NCBI GenBank assembly: GCA_051047955.1
Contig: JBPGPT010000021.1
Coordinates: 248,001-312,000, forward strand
Source: Cystobasidiomycetes sp. EMM_F5
Taxonomy: Eukaryota
Direction: 5' to 3'
Length of the DNA stretch: 64,000 nt
A program made the translations under genes and the position numbers. How positions within the stretch are numbered: position 1 is the stretch's first letter; each line of letters opens with the position of its first letter. The notes beneath the pieces are model-generated. The model had not been told where the DNA came from. It saw only the letters and a list, made by a program, of their open reading frames with translations, and did no database searches. Positions 12,201-25,444 of the stretch are shown here, in pieces.

Positions 12201-14765
12201 GCTTGACGCGGCAGAGCTCGAATCTGTAAGGGAAGGGACAGCAGCCGACCGTCCGTCCTCAGTGCTGCTCGCATTGGTTTCTCGGTCGTGGCCAACGGAA
12301 GCCGAGCCTCGTCGGTGTTTGCCGTCCAGAGGCGAGTCTGAATCAATAAGCATATCGCTATCGGCCGTAATGTCCGCATCAAAACTTTCGTTTGCTTCCT
12401 GAGCCAGCGCCGAGTTGGTGCGTAGCGTTGCAGCCCAATCGGCAGCAAGACTTCCCAAGCTACCGCTGACAGGCAAAGACTTATGCTTGTCCTCTACTGT
12501 AGCAGTGACACTCGCTTGAGCGGACGCGGACGGACCAACGGATCGATGTAGAAGACCACCTTGTAACGGTAGTCTAGCTGACAAAACGCTACTCGAGCTT
12601 GTTCCATTCGTGCTATTTCTCGACATGGCCGCCGACGACATGCCAGAGTTTGATGCATTCGAGCTGTTGCTTGTACCAGAGGTAGATGAGCATGTGTTGA
12701 TTAGGGAAGTAGGAGCAAATCTGCCATTCGCAGTCCGCTTGCGTCCCGCTGCTTGCGGAGACAGAGCTGCTGCTGCTAGGTGTGCATCTGCGGTGTGGTC
12801 GGCATGTGCACGCGACAGACTACCACAGCGCGACACACTCGCGCTATGAGGAGCTGGCGGATCATCGCGGGCTGTACTAGCCAGGGTAGCCGAGCTTTGA
12901 CCAAGGATGGAAGCTAGAAAGAGCTGATCGACCTGTCTTGATGCATTTGCAGCTGCCTCTACGGTATTAGGGGATCCATGACTTGCCGGGACCGACGAAA
13001 ACAGAGCATTGCCATTACCACGTTTATCCTTGCCGTTGAGATCAAAGTTTAGTGATTTGGGAGGGTAAGATACCCTCGAACTCTTCAAACCGTTAAACGT
13101 CGAAGTGAGTGAAGGATTGATTGTGAATGGTGCGAGAGTTGTAGATGGTGCTGTAGACTTTACGTTTGAAGTCGACGAGGCGGAAGGTCTAGAGACTGGT
13201 AGACAGGGTGGAGATGTCTTGCCGCGCGAATGATGTCGACCAGGTGTATCGACAAATGGAGAGCCTTCCATACTTTTATCGGCGCCATCATCTTCAGCGC
13301 CATCGGGCATCATCTCGACTGAAGTCGATGTCGCTACCTCATCGCAAGGCAAGTCGACAGCTTTACCCTTTGCCTTGAGCGAGCTGACAGATGCTCGCTT
13401 ACTACTAGCACCACTGGCGTGTCCACGTCCGGCGCTACGTCTCAGCACATTCTGCGGAGACGTGCTGGCCGACTGATGTCGAGAATGTCTCTGTCGATAC
13501 CGGGGACTCTGTGTTGCGACGGTAGAAAACTCTTCGTCAGACTCGGCGTGACCATTTGCATCCGCATCATTGCCGTCCGCCTCTGACTCCGAGATGGACA
13601 TTGTACGATGTCGCTGTCGAATACATTTTGCTCGTTCGTCAAACGACGAAGCGAGGGGCGATGCGTCGTTAGCTAGGAAATCGTCGTCGTACGGAGGCGT
13701 ATGATGGTTGGAAGCAATCAGTAATGCTGCTGTGCGGGGAGAGATGGCTGGAAAGTGTGTGCGCGTTGTATACGGCGTATATTGGACTGTTGTTTCAATC
13801 TGGCTGGAAGGTGCCTTTGCTGCCCTTGCTTGAGCACATCCCGCGACCTTTTGGTCGTGCGCTTCTCGTCTAGGTGGAGCAGCAGTCGATGTTGAGGCAA
13901 TGGGCAGTCTGGAGCCAAGAATATGTCTTGACCGAGGAGACTGAGGGGCGGTAGCCACCAACGACATTGACCTTTTACTATTTAGTGCAGGCTTGAGTTC
14001 AGCGTGCTGCTCGTTGTGAAAGTGAAGAGCAGTAGGGGTTGCAGAGCGTGATGTAGTGGTAGAGGCTGTTGTTGCAAGAGTATACGAGAAAGGATGTGGC
14101 TTTACTGCGCTCGACGTCGAAATGGCCGCTAGATCAGTCTGCCAGTCCGACATGTCGAATCGCTTCTTGAGCGTGCTAGAAGCGAGTGGAGGTGTAGGTT
14201 GTGCAATAGAAGCAGGTTGTGAGTGGTCGGAAGGTAGAGGTTCCTCGAGGCTTGCTGTAGCTGCCTCGACGGCAACGGGCGAAGGAGGAAAGAGAGCCAT
14301 TCGAGAGTATCTAGCAGAACTTCCAGATACGCCCTTGATGGGCGATACAATCTTGACTGGACTCTGGAGCGACGACAAGGGTTGGTGCAATCCGGTGGCA
14401 AATGTTGCCGGAGTGGATGCAACACTCTCCGAGACTGCAGCATGACCAATGTTGGATGTGGGCGAGTCTCCTCTAGCCATGTTGCGATACTGCATGTTGA
14501 TTTGCTGCAGGTGCTGGCGGGCACTGCTCCTCGAGACGGCAGACAGGGGAGTCCTCGATCTGTTTATCGACGATGCGGCAGACACTATGTGACTGCTGCC
14601 TCCGCTAGTGTTTGCTGCCGTGGTATTGACGCTCCCGCCGCTCGTTGCGAGGCTGTTTGCATGGCCGCTGGCCGCATTGCTCGATGTCGTCGATGTTGCT
14701 GCCGTAGCCCTTCGCAAGCCAGGTGTATACTCTGGCGGGGGTGTAGACCACTTGGACGACGCCAT
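9277..14765 (-). CDS. WEE1: Wee1/Swe1-family protein kinase (3 exons, very long disordered N-terminus)
   Basis: VGQGEFSEAY, AVKK, HLDLKPANIFI, KIGDFGLA, EREGDREYIAPE, and LEVAANVVIPDNGLPWRKLRENDLSD. Many SP/TP sites. Start could lie further upstream in the same frame (open to 14918). Confidence 0.92.
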
Positions 14766-15577
14766 TGCTGGGCGTTGTGCAGCGTGTGAGCGTATGGACA
14801 GATAATACTTGAATAAATCTACCTTGAATGTTTGCTGCTCAAGTGGAGCTGGCCTCTGCTGAATCAGATGAATCGATAAGCCGCTGCCATCAGCTGGACG
14901 TGCATCGAGACTGCCCACCTCTCGACTTTGTCAAAAGCCTGTCTGCTATTCAGACTCAGACTTGCTTTCGCACACCAAAGCCAGAGCTTGCGGCCGATGA
15001 ATGGGGCGTGCTGAATTATAAGTTATAAGTGTAGCCGTATTGAGGCATGCAGCAGCAGTAGTTGGGTGTAGCGTCGACAGGTCTAAAAGGCCTGCTCCAC
15101 GAGCACCACTGTAATCATAAATGGCTGGCTGGCATCTCACCCCCAGTCGTTCTTGTAAACGAGCAAGCCTCTTTGTTTACAGAGGCACGCCAGGCAATCA
15201 AAACAAGGCGCGTCACGGTCAGCACGCGACTGGTTTTGATCGAGAAGAATGCCTAATATGGTAGATTGCTAATAAGGACTTTAATGCTGCTAGAGAAGTG
15301 CAGGTTGGCTTTACCATTGGCTAATCTTGTCTTCGTGTTCAGTCTGTGCTGCTCTTTGCCGCGATACTTCCTAAAGTCTGCCATGGTGGACCATCAGCAG
15401 CTGCAGTCTGATTATGTAATCATTGCACACTGACTCTGCAACGACAACGGAACATCCTGTCTTCGTCAAACACGCACACTCTCCCTCAACGGTTGTTGAT
15501 CGTGTTTACTATTGAGCATTATAAGACTGATATTGCATTAGAACTACCGCTCGCAATTACAATTACAATCCCTGACA

Positions 15578-17419
15578 ATGCCCACTCGCCTGCATCCGTC
15601 ACTGCTCACATACCTCCTCCTCCTGCCTCTCTCAACAGCCCTCAAGCCTCGCTCACCCGTTGAGCTCTGGGTCGGATGGCCCACGACGACCGTCGTGAGA
15701 ACGGCGACAGTGACCCGGACGAGCGATGCTCTATACTCTGGCACAGCGTACTTTAGCAGCACCCTCACCAGCACAGTCCTCACTACGACCATCTATCCCA
15801 CATCCAGTGGTCGAGTGACAGTCTACTCGACGACAACCCTGTACGGGGAGGGCGGTGATGGCAGTGGGCAACCAGCAACCTATACCAGAACGTCAACCAG
15901 CACATCCTACTCGGCACAAGCTACATCCAGTCCAGATACGCTCCCTCCGACAGCCGATGACCTCGAGCAGGACATTCCAAGATTCAGTACGTGCAACCCA
16001 GGTGACGAGCAGTATGAAGTACCGGGTGGGGAAAAGTTGTCGCTCACACAACAGCAAAAGACGACACTCGCAGCAATAGCAATCATGTTTGTCGTTATTC
16101 TCATCAGCTGGAATCTCGTACTCATCAGAACGGCAATGTTTCCACTCAAGGTGAGTCGGCGACGTTCGTAAATTTCACGTATGGGACTGATACTGACGGG
16201 CACACAGATGCTATGCCTCCTCATACACGAAGGAGGACACATCATCGTCGGAGTAGCATGCGCCAACAAACTGCTTCATCTCGAGCCGGATCCACAGATA
16301 GGAGGCATGTGCTACTGGGAGGACCCCGACGACTTTTACCCTCGTGCAGCAATTCCAGCAGGATACGCATTCAGCGTCATTGTAGGCTGTGCTCTCATCT
16401 TGGCAGGCTTCGATACTCTGGCTAGTAAAGTCGCGTGAGTCGGAATCCCTGATCGCTCAAGCTATGATTAGCCGGCACTGATGTGACGGCGAGCAAGATC
16501 ATTCTTTATCGGTATCCTTCTTGCAGTTGTGGCAGTATTCAGCATGGGAAGCGTCGTGGCGCTTGTACTGACGGCGCTATGGATCGGTGAGATGATTTAT
16601 CGAATGCCTCGATGATCTCCCACTCTGACTGAACGTCTGTGGTAATACGACCAATGAACAACAGGCGCCATCATCGGTTTCTGGTTTCTCGAGCGTGAGT
16701 GACTGAAGTCATTTACCCTTTCATGCGCACACTTTTCCTGATTAAACAACCCTTGCCACGCTGTGGAACGCGATAGACGCCTATTACCTCCGCTTTTACG
16801 TCCTCTTTATTGGCGTCGCGTCAGCATGGTATCTGATATGGGATTTCATCGACGATTGGGTGAGGCTGCAAAGTCTCGTCTACGAAGATACCAGTCGCAC
16901 ATCTTGCTAACCGTTGCTGTGTCATCGTTAGGTTTTCACAAAAGTCAAGTAGGATGTTATTCCTCAAGATGCGTTTTCAAGTTTGGCCGTACTGAGAGCT
17001 GTTTCCGTCCCCATTCAAGTTCATGTTGTCTGATACTTCATCGAAATGGCCTAGGAGGGATGCAACCTTTCGGTGAGGCCCGTTTGTCACGTAGCTGGCC
17101 GTACACTGTTGACATGGGATTATGCGCTTCTGGTCAGTCTGGCTATGGATCTGGTTCGGCATTACGGCAAGTTTTTCGCTCTTTCCTTCCTCATCAAAGC
17201 GGCTCCGCAGTCACAGGTAGGCTGACCCGGCTCGTCTCTGCAATTGCAGGCGGTAGTATTTGCCAGCACCATAATTGTGGGCGTCTACGTATTTCGACAA
17301 TCACCGCATAGTATGTTTTGCCAAAGGTCAGTACAATCGATCCGGTTGCAGTGCTTGCGATGGCTGAAGTGCAAGCCCTCTGATCGCCCGACCCCAGCCA
17401 AGAATTTCTGCCGACTTGA
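15578..17419 (+). CDS. Peptidase M50B-like intramembrane metalloprotease with signal peptide and S/T-rich N-terminus
   Basis: FPLK|MLCLLIHEGGH (HExxH), AGY, GFDTLASKVA and LRFYVLFIGV...WDFIDD. About 10 exons reconstructed, ending ...QEFLPT*. Confidence 0.82.
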
Positions 17420-17593
17420 CATAGAATCGTACGTACGGACGATCAGTTGATGCGTAGACGAAGCGAGTCCATTGTACCATTTCTCCTGTTTGTGATGTTA
17501 GTTTGCAGCGCATCCCGGCAAGGATTTGACATGCGTTCGCGACCATGCCCCGTAAAAATGCCGGCAAACAAAACAAAACGACAACAGTGAGGG

Positions 17594-19436
17594 TCAATCA
17601 CTTTCGCCTATACCGCCCCATTCTTCTGCCTCTTCAGCAAATTCGCCATCTTGCTCATCCTCGTCTTCTTGCTCGTCCTCATCCTCGTCGTTTCCGGCCT
17701 CTACGTTGTCCTCATCCTCGTCAGAAGAGGAGTCTGCGTCCGCTCCCACATCATCGTCGTCATCGTCGGAAGATGATAAATCGACATCGGAAAGCGGCGC
17801 AGCGGTGGAGGCTACGGTTGTCCTATCGTCAGAAACAGCGACAGACGATAGGCACGTCAAGCGACTGCCTTTCGTATCGTAGTGAGCTGTAGACGCGATA
17901 CTGAGGACATCTCCGTTGTGTTCAACAGGGATGCCATGTGGCACAACAAACATGCGGATGAAGCCATCCGATGAGATAGTAGTCAGAATCTGCTGAGTCA
18001 AGATTTTGACCAGACTGAGCGACTTGACCCTGTACATATTACGTCAGCTATTTCCTGAACGTTGCCCAAAGTTCAAGTCTACGGACCTGTTTGCATGTCC
18101 AACGAGCTCCGCGACACAGACTAGATCCTCCTCGGTTGCATCAGGCCCTGTATTGCGCAGGCCGTCGTATATGCGAACTTTGCCATCATCACAAGCCACC
18201 AAAAGCATCTCGCGGTTGCCAATCACAGCCAGTAGAGCATCATGTAAGCGGGACCGAGAAGTAAGGGTATGGAGAAGGGTCATGTCCTGAATTAAAAGCA
18301 AATTAGCATTTAGCCGAAGGTATGGCGAGGCATATGTTAGCAAGGCATACCGTAGAGAATATCCGAATTTCCCTGTCGAATACTACGGCAAATTTATCGC
18401 CAGAGGCATTCCACCTGACAGACTCCGCTTCTGCGCCAAGCTTTGTACTTGTACTCGCCTTCTTGCTGCTCGTATTCTGTCCCAACAGGTCCCAAACTCG
18501 CAAACATCGATCCCTGCCAACACTTAACGCGATGCGGCCGGAAGGGTGTACTGCAACGTGATTGACTTTTCCCTATAGCAGACGAGAACCAGGTCAATCT
18601 AGACAGACATGGCGAGCACACACAAAGGCGCTCACCATATGCCCTTTGAATTTTCGCAGCAGCGACCAGTCTCTTGTGCGAAACAATGCCAGCGTTCCAT
18701 CTGCGCTCGAAGACAGAAGGTATTTCTCGGACGGGAACACAAGGCTTGTAATATCACCTACATGCATAGGATACGAGTCAGCGGGAGCTTGTGAAGCCTG
18801 TGTATGTGACCCACCCTCGTGCGCCAGTAAACCTCCAATTTCCTTTCTCTTGCGCAGGTCCCATAGCTTGATGACTTCGTCGGCAGCTCCGGTCACCAAC
18901 CATCTCCCGTTTGGCGAAGCGTGCAAAGTTTTCAAAGCAGAAAGATGGGCGGGAAATTGGAAAATGGGTTCTGCATGTATTTCTGTATCCTTGCCAGTGC
19001 CAGAAACGGTACAATGCAGACCATAGAGCAGACGTTCGTAAGAGCCCGCTACAATTTCGAATGCTGTAGGCAGTGATCGTTTGCTTGTCGTTCCTATCTG
19101 CTCCTGCCGCACTGTATGCTTTGCCAGCGCACTGCCGTTCAACACTGGAGTTGCAGAACTTGACACTTCCTCGCCGTCATGATTCTCGACAGCTCGCGCT
19201 TTGCCCTTGTTGAGATGCGTCTGCGGTGCTATTCGTGCGGTCTTCGTAGGAGCAGACACCGTCTCTTCATTTATGGCTGCACTTCTGTTTTTTGCTGCAG
19301 CTTTCTTCAAAATTCCAGCTGGCTTTGCATTTCCACCGTTCTGCAATTTGACTCGCTTCGCTTCGGAGTTTGTCGATGCAGTAGTCGATAGCCCTGTTTG
19401 CTCACGACCGGTGTGCCCTGCAGCTGGCCGTTTCAT
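17594..19436 (-). CDS. MAK11: Mak11/PAK1IP1 WD40 60S ribosome biogenesis factor
   Basis: FEIVAGSYERLLYG, FPAHLSALK, LVTGAADEVIKLWDLRKRKEIGGL, ELVGHANRVKS, YDTKGSRLTCL and an acidic tail. Confidence 0.88.
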
Positions 19437-19835
19437 GTTTCCGGGCGAAGTATGAGTATCAAATAAAGCAACGCAAAGACTCGCTCTATCAATTTATGCT
19501 CAACGCGTGCAGTCGTGATCAACATGACAGTAGTAATTGATTGCTTATTGGTTGAAGAGCTACAACGATATCGGATGCTGAAAGTAGAGAAATTTCCGTA
19601 ATGGCTACGTGAAGCGTTGTTCTTGGCAGATTTGAGCTAGTCCCATGCATTGGAAGGGGTCCCACACAACTTTCGATATACGATTCAGTTATATCCTGAC
19701 ATCCATTCCGCCGGAACCGAGGGTCTCGATAGCGAATTAGTGGGTATCCTCGAAACTAAAGGGACACAGAGACACATGTGTGGAAAACACAGAGAATTTA
19801 ACGTTTAGACCCTACACCGCATGATATGAGAGAAG

Positions 19836-22091
19836 TTAGGCTGACGCGCGGATCGAGCGAAGCTTGTTGCGAGCTTCAGCGTTCTCGGCGGGGTGACCGT
19901 TCATGTGGCCATGGCTGTAGCCATTCTCGTTGGTCTCGCTAAAGTCGACGATTCCATTGCGGATACCGTTGAACTTGAGGCCCTTGACACCCTTGGGGTA
20001 GTCGGTGATGCCGAGCGCCTTGCTGAGTCGCTTGGCTATATCCTCGTCAACCTCGTGGAAGATGGCAAGTTGCTGAATCAGGATCTCTTGCTTCCTGCAG
20101 GTAGACATGTGCCCAGCCAGGTTGTTGATCATGCGGTCTTGAGCACCTGGCTGAGATCCGTAGACCTTCTGCCACAGGTTTCTAGAGTATCAATGGGATT
20201 AGTACAAATGTAAATGTAGGATCAACGGGAAGATGGCGTACCGTGGTTGAATAAAGTCGACTGGCTGCAGCTCGGACAGGTAGGTGATAGCATCTCCAAT
20301 GTACTCGTTGTGCACCTTTTCCAATGGTACGGTGCGCTTCTTGAAGGTGGGTGGGGCAATCGACGAGATGTAGTTTGGTCTAGCACCTCCGTTGTAGAAT
20401 GCCATCTGCCCGTCCCGCTGGAACGAACCGGCAGCGTACGTGGTCAAGTGTTGATTGACAGGCAGCTGTTGGTAGTTTGCCCCGATACGGTGTCTGTGGG
20501 TGTCTGGGTATGAGAAGAGTCTGCTCTGCAGGACTGGGTCTGCAGATGGCTCGATGCCGGATACGAGATGGGCGGGGTTGAAAGCTGCCTGCTCGACCTC
20601 GGCGAAGTAGTTTTTCGGGTTGCGGTTCAGGGTAAACTCGCCAAACTCGCGGAGTGGAAACTCGGAGTGAGGCCAGATCTTGGTCAGATCAAACACGTTG
20701 AACTTGGCCTTCTCTGCCTCTTGCGGGGTCATGGTCTGGACATAGGTCTTCCACTTGGGGAAGTCACCGCGGTCGATGGCCTCGAAGAGATCCTTTGTAG
20801 CATAGTTTGGTGTAGTTCCTGCAAGCTCAGTAGCCTTGTCTTGGGTCAAGAACTCGACACCCTGCTGAGACAGGCAGTGAAACTGGGCATACACCCACTC
20901 GCCCTTTTTATTAACGAGCTTGAAGGTATGTCCAGAGTAACCCTGCATCTTGCGGTAGCCGTCAGGAATACCGCGGTCTCCAAAGAGCCACATGACTTGA
21001 TGGATCGACTCGGGGTTCTGAGACAGGTAATCCCAAAAATTCGTCGAATCTTCCATGCCCGTCAAGTGCGTTTGAGGGTCGCGTTTCTGCGTATGAATGA
21101 AGTGGGGGAACTTCGCAGGGTCTCTTAAGAAACTATTCATTCATGTTCATCGTTAGCAAGTCTGTAAAATTGAATATCTTTCTTTTGCCATCAAATTGCG
21201 GAGAAACTCACAAAATCGGGGCTAAATGAAGCGATATTAGCTTCATAGTGTGCATGTAGGGTGTAGGATCTATCTGACTCACTATTGTTGAAGACCCAGT
21301 CCATATTGCCCTCGCGGGTCTTGAGCTTTACAGAAAATCCGCGTGGGTCACGAGCCGTATCTGCGGAACCGGACTCTCCTCCGACAGTCTAGAGTGTATG
21401 TGTGATCAGCAACCACTTCTGTACCGCTTGGCGTGCGCATACGTACCGAAAAGCGGACAGTGATTGGGCACTCGAGACCCTCGTTGGCGAAGCAATCGGC
21501 GTAGCAGATATCCTCAAGCGACTTTGTGCATTTGAATACACCGTGTGCACCTGCTCCCTTCGCATCTGCAATAGCACAAAGAGCTTTAGTCGGGAAATAT
21601 TTCTTGAAGCCATGTGGTGGCGAACGTACGGACTACTCGCTCCGGGATACGTTCTCTATCAAAGTGAGACAGCAAGTCTACGAGGTGGAAGTCCTGGAAT
21701 GCAAAGATTAGCTTTACAAAGAGCACAGCTAGGTGAGGTAGGTGAGGTAATTACCTGGAGAAGAAGTGGTCCATCTTGGCCAATGCGCTGAAGTATCAGA
21801 TTTCCAGGTTAGCACGCCGTCACTTTCGCACGCCTACTACAAGGTCGATGATGATATGGTGGTGAAAGCACACTGACCTGTGCTTCGTATGCGTGAGGCA
21901 TGGCTGCACGTGCGACGTCATATGACGAGATGAGGAAGAAATCAGTCATCGGAAGCGAGCAACTTGTACGCGACCATCTACCACTTACGAACGCCATTGG
22001 AAGTCGCGTAGACAAACTCCATTGCCTGCTCGTCGGCTGCATAGTCCTTGATGTTGTGGTTGATACCCGCGGTGTGCTGATTGTGAGCCAT
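19836..22091 (-). CDS. Monofunctional heme catalase (small subunit), multi-exon
   Basis: [19 protein letters not shown] (distal His), [33 protein letters not shown], and the proximal heme motif RLFSYPDTH. Strong C-ending codon bias. Confidence 0.96.
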
Positions 22092-22223
22092 GTTGAAGTG
22101 CGGTATGTGTGTGTACGAAGCTGTGGTTGTGGCAGTATTCTCTTTGTAACGTTGCGCTGCTTCCGTTTGTCAAGAAGAAGAAAGTCGTCGCCTAACTTTC
22201 ATGCAAGATGGTCGCAGAAACCC

Positions 22224-22249
22224 GCGGGGGGCAGGGGTGCGAAGGGGTG
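22224..22249. promoter_or_regulatory. Candidate STRE pair (AGGGG x2) plus CreA/Mig1-like GCGGGG upstream of catalase
   Basis: GCGGGG at 22224-22229, AGGGGTG at 22233 and 22243; 130-160 nt upstream of the catalase ATG. Confidence 0.4.
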
Positions 22250-22741
22250 GCAAAAATACGCAGGCGACCGAGCCAGGATCTCGGAGAGAAAGAATGGCAT
22301 ATTCTCGAAGAAAGCAACATAGTGGACAGATTCATGGAGCTAGACTCGTCTGCAATATTGTAGTAATCTCTGGCGCTGCTCAGCTTTCCGTCCGTATCAT
22401 CATCACTGACAGCTCGACAGGCGACCGGCGTCGCCTCAATTCAGGCACGCGCGACTTCGCCCAATCAACGGGCATCTAGATCGGTGCGTCAACTTGAGTA
22501 GACGACCATTGCAGCCGATAGACACACAGGATACTCTCTAGTACTTTGCTGATAAAGGACATTGCAAGCAATCGTGCGTACCAATACAAATACAGCAACA
22601 TACACAAAATGTACACGCGCTTGCAAATGCACGCCGTACACTTGCCTGTACAGAGAAGAGAACCTACTCTTCCGCCGTCGCAAAGTCGAAGCTTACGGCA
22701 CAATAGCTAGACATCCCCGAGACAGCAGCTCATCTCCTTAG

Positions 22742-24715
22742 CTACCGCGGCTTGCCACTCATTTCCATTCCGCTAACTTCTGCAATGAGACCATAGTCCG
22801 CTCAACTTCTTTCATACAATATCGGAAAGTGACATTACCCAACTCACTCTTTGCAGCGGCAGCGGCCTTCTTGGCGACAGTGTACACCAAACCAGCGATG
22901 AAACCCACCAGAATGGCAGAAACGGATCCGAATGTGACGGGATCGCCGAAAAAGATGAGCCCAGATGCGGCAACTGGTAGTTTGTTGAGCGCTCCGACCA
23001 TGCTGCAGAGTATGAGATATTGTTAAGCCGTTACTCAAGCGCGATTTGACTCATTAATCTACGCACCTGTACGTTGTGGAGCTCGTTACGCGGACGCACC
23101 ACGCTGTCGAATATGAGATACCAACAGCAATGGCGCCAGACACAATCATGGCGAAAATGAGGAAATTTCGGCTTTCCGGTGGGCTGAACAGAAATTAAAC
23201 TAATCAGTACCGACATCGACCCACTTCCTTACAGTTACGGCTCACAAGTTGAGTGCTAACGTTTCTGCCGACCATCTCTCAAAGAGCAGAGAGAAGATGA
23301 CCAGGACCGGGATGGACAGAAGATTGTTGTAGTACATGCTATCCCAGTCCTGTTTATAAAGAGCATTCACTTTGTCGTCCAATCCAGAATCTGTATCGTG
23401 CTACTCACGCTGAAATTTGTCACCTTGATTCGCTTTCTCATGCCGAGTACGTAGCCAGCAGAAGCCAGGCAATTGATTGCCATCCATACGTATCCAGCCA
23501 AGATATGCGAATCTGATGCGTTTGATACTACAGACTTGAATGCCGCTCCGCTAGACGCAGCCAGTACTCGTGAGATGTCGTCCCATGCCGCAATTAACGA
23601 CGACAGGACCTGGAGAATGGACGTCTCCTTAGTCGAATGCCAGCTTGACTGGACTTGTACGCGCTTACCATAAGGCCGAAGGAAATCAAGGACATGCCGG
23701 TAACCTGGCCGTTGAACCAGAGTACTTCCCCGTAGGCGATAAGAATGATGGTGAGATTCTTGAAGATCGTGTAGACTGGTATAGTCAGGTATTGCTGCGG
23801 TATGTCCAGAGTATCAGATATCACTACAATCGAGCCATATGTCGATTTCGGACCTCACCAAAGCTTTGCTTCCGGTATAAATGACGACCACTAAGAGGAA
23901 AGAGATTGGAAACCACTTCCGCGCGTCTTCCTTGTCGAAATCGCGATATGTTATGGCCTATATTGTAGGGAGGAAGAGAAGAAAGACGGCTTCATCAGGT
24001 ATGGACCTATTGGAGCCAAAAGCGAGACAAACCTTCATTCGCTTCGATATCACTACACAGCCCACGCACACGATACTTTGTATCGCCAGGAGAAGGAAGT
24101 TCATCGTAAAATGTCGTCCTGATAGTACAAACTGTGTTGATGCGCAAAGGAGTCGTTTCGCGAATAAGTATGGACAAATCGCGTATCAGGTGGTAGTATG
24201 GAACGTACCTTGTTCACGACGGTCATCACAATAGAGGCAACGCAGTAGCTTCCTATCGCAAAAGCTGGGTTTTGTGGTTGTTCTGGCACGGTGAGCAGGC
24301 CGGCTCCAGGGAGGCCTTTGTTGGATTGTCTGCCTTTAGCGTGATCCTCATCCGCCAGTCCGACGAGCCTGTAGTCGCCCTTGGTAGGCCCAGAGATGCC
24401 TTGCATACTGTGTCCGCCATACTGCGATTCTCCATGGTCGCCGCTATCCCGCGGCGCGTTGCCAGCTGCGTTTGAGAACGGCGACGACGACGACATGGTC
24501 GAGGTGGACGAGGATGTCATCAGTCCTCCCGTTCCCGCTCCACCTGTAGACGCGATGTTGTTGCCCAGCGAACTGTTGATGGTGGTATTGCCATTGGAAG
24601 TCATTGCAAATTGAGCGTCGACACCGCTGGCCAGTCTCGGCTGGCTGGTCGTGCGCTTGATGGGCGTCGTGTTTGTCGGCGACGACGACGACGGTATCCC
24701 GCTGTTGCCGTTCAT
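22742..24715 (-). CDS. VRG4: Golgi GDP-mannose transporter (Vrg4/Gmt1)
   Basis: [49 protein letters not shown] and the signature MVGALNKLP. Confidence 0.93.
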
Positions 24716-25444
24716 CCAGAGAAACGCCAAACTATAAACCTGGATCTCGTTTCGCGATTGTTTGTTGGCTTTATCCGTGCCTTGCGAGTTTTCCCCCAAA
24801 ATTTCAAGACCCAAAGAGACGAGATGGAAAGATAGCTTCTACTTCCTCTCGGCGCTGTCTTGTGGTGTCAAGGTAGCGTAATGCTAGCCATTAGCGTTGA
24901 TGCGTGCACAGCGAAACTTTTATGGGTCGTCAGGCTGCCCCTTGTGCCGCCTTTGGTACAGTATTCTAGGCACAACGTGTGAAGAGCTCTCCGACTTTAG
25001 CATGTCTTTGCTTCCGCTGATAACAAGCCTGCAGTATGTCGCGCTCGAAGATTATGGCACTCGGATGCGCTGCTTCGTACGCTACAGATTAGCAGGAACG
25101 GCTAACATGACAATTCGCTGCCACGGGCTGGCGGCGGTGTTCTCTCGCACCGAAACTTGCACAGCTCGTGACTAGCTTGCGTAATATCGCACAACGAAAT
25201 ACACTGACACGAATGACTGAGAGTAGTCGTGAGCAACAGCGTGCCTGCCCTGTGCGTGAATGTGCGTCGGACATGGCGGTACTTCGCTACATCGCTAATA
25301 AGTGAGGCTTGTCCCGTCAACGTCGATTCAGCAGAGTGCTTTTCAGGTAGGATATATCGACCTGTGCATATTCCCAGCGCCAGAGTAGTCTTGCCTCTTT
25401 GGAACAAGGGCATGCCACAAACTTGAACGTCGCCGACGATTTCA

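Noticed and set aside
10725..14918. 1397-aa low-complexity ORF as a separate novel gene
   Set aside because: It splices in frame (GTAGGT...CTGCAG) to the Wee1 kinase domain and is its regulatory N-terminus.
24850..25440. ORFs between VRG4 and PBDC1 (e.g. 25102-25629)
   Set aside because: The only meaningful part is a PBDC1 exon read through an intron. The rest shows no consistent splice pattern or motif and is probably promoter/UTR.
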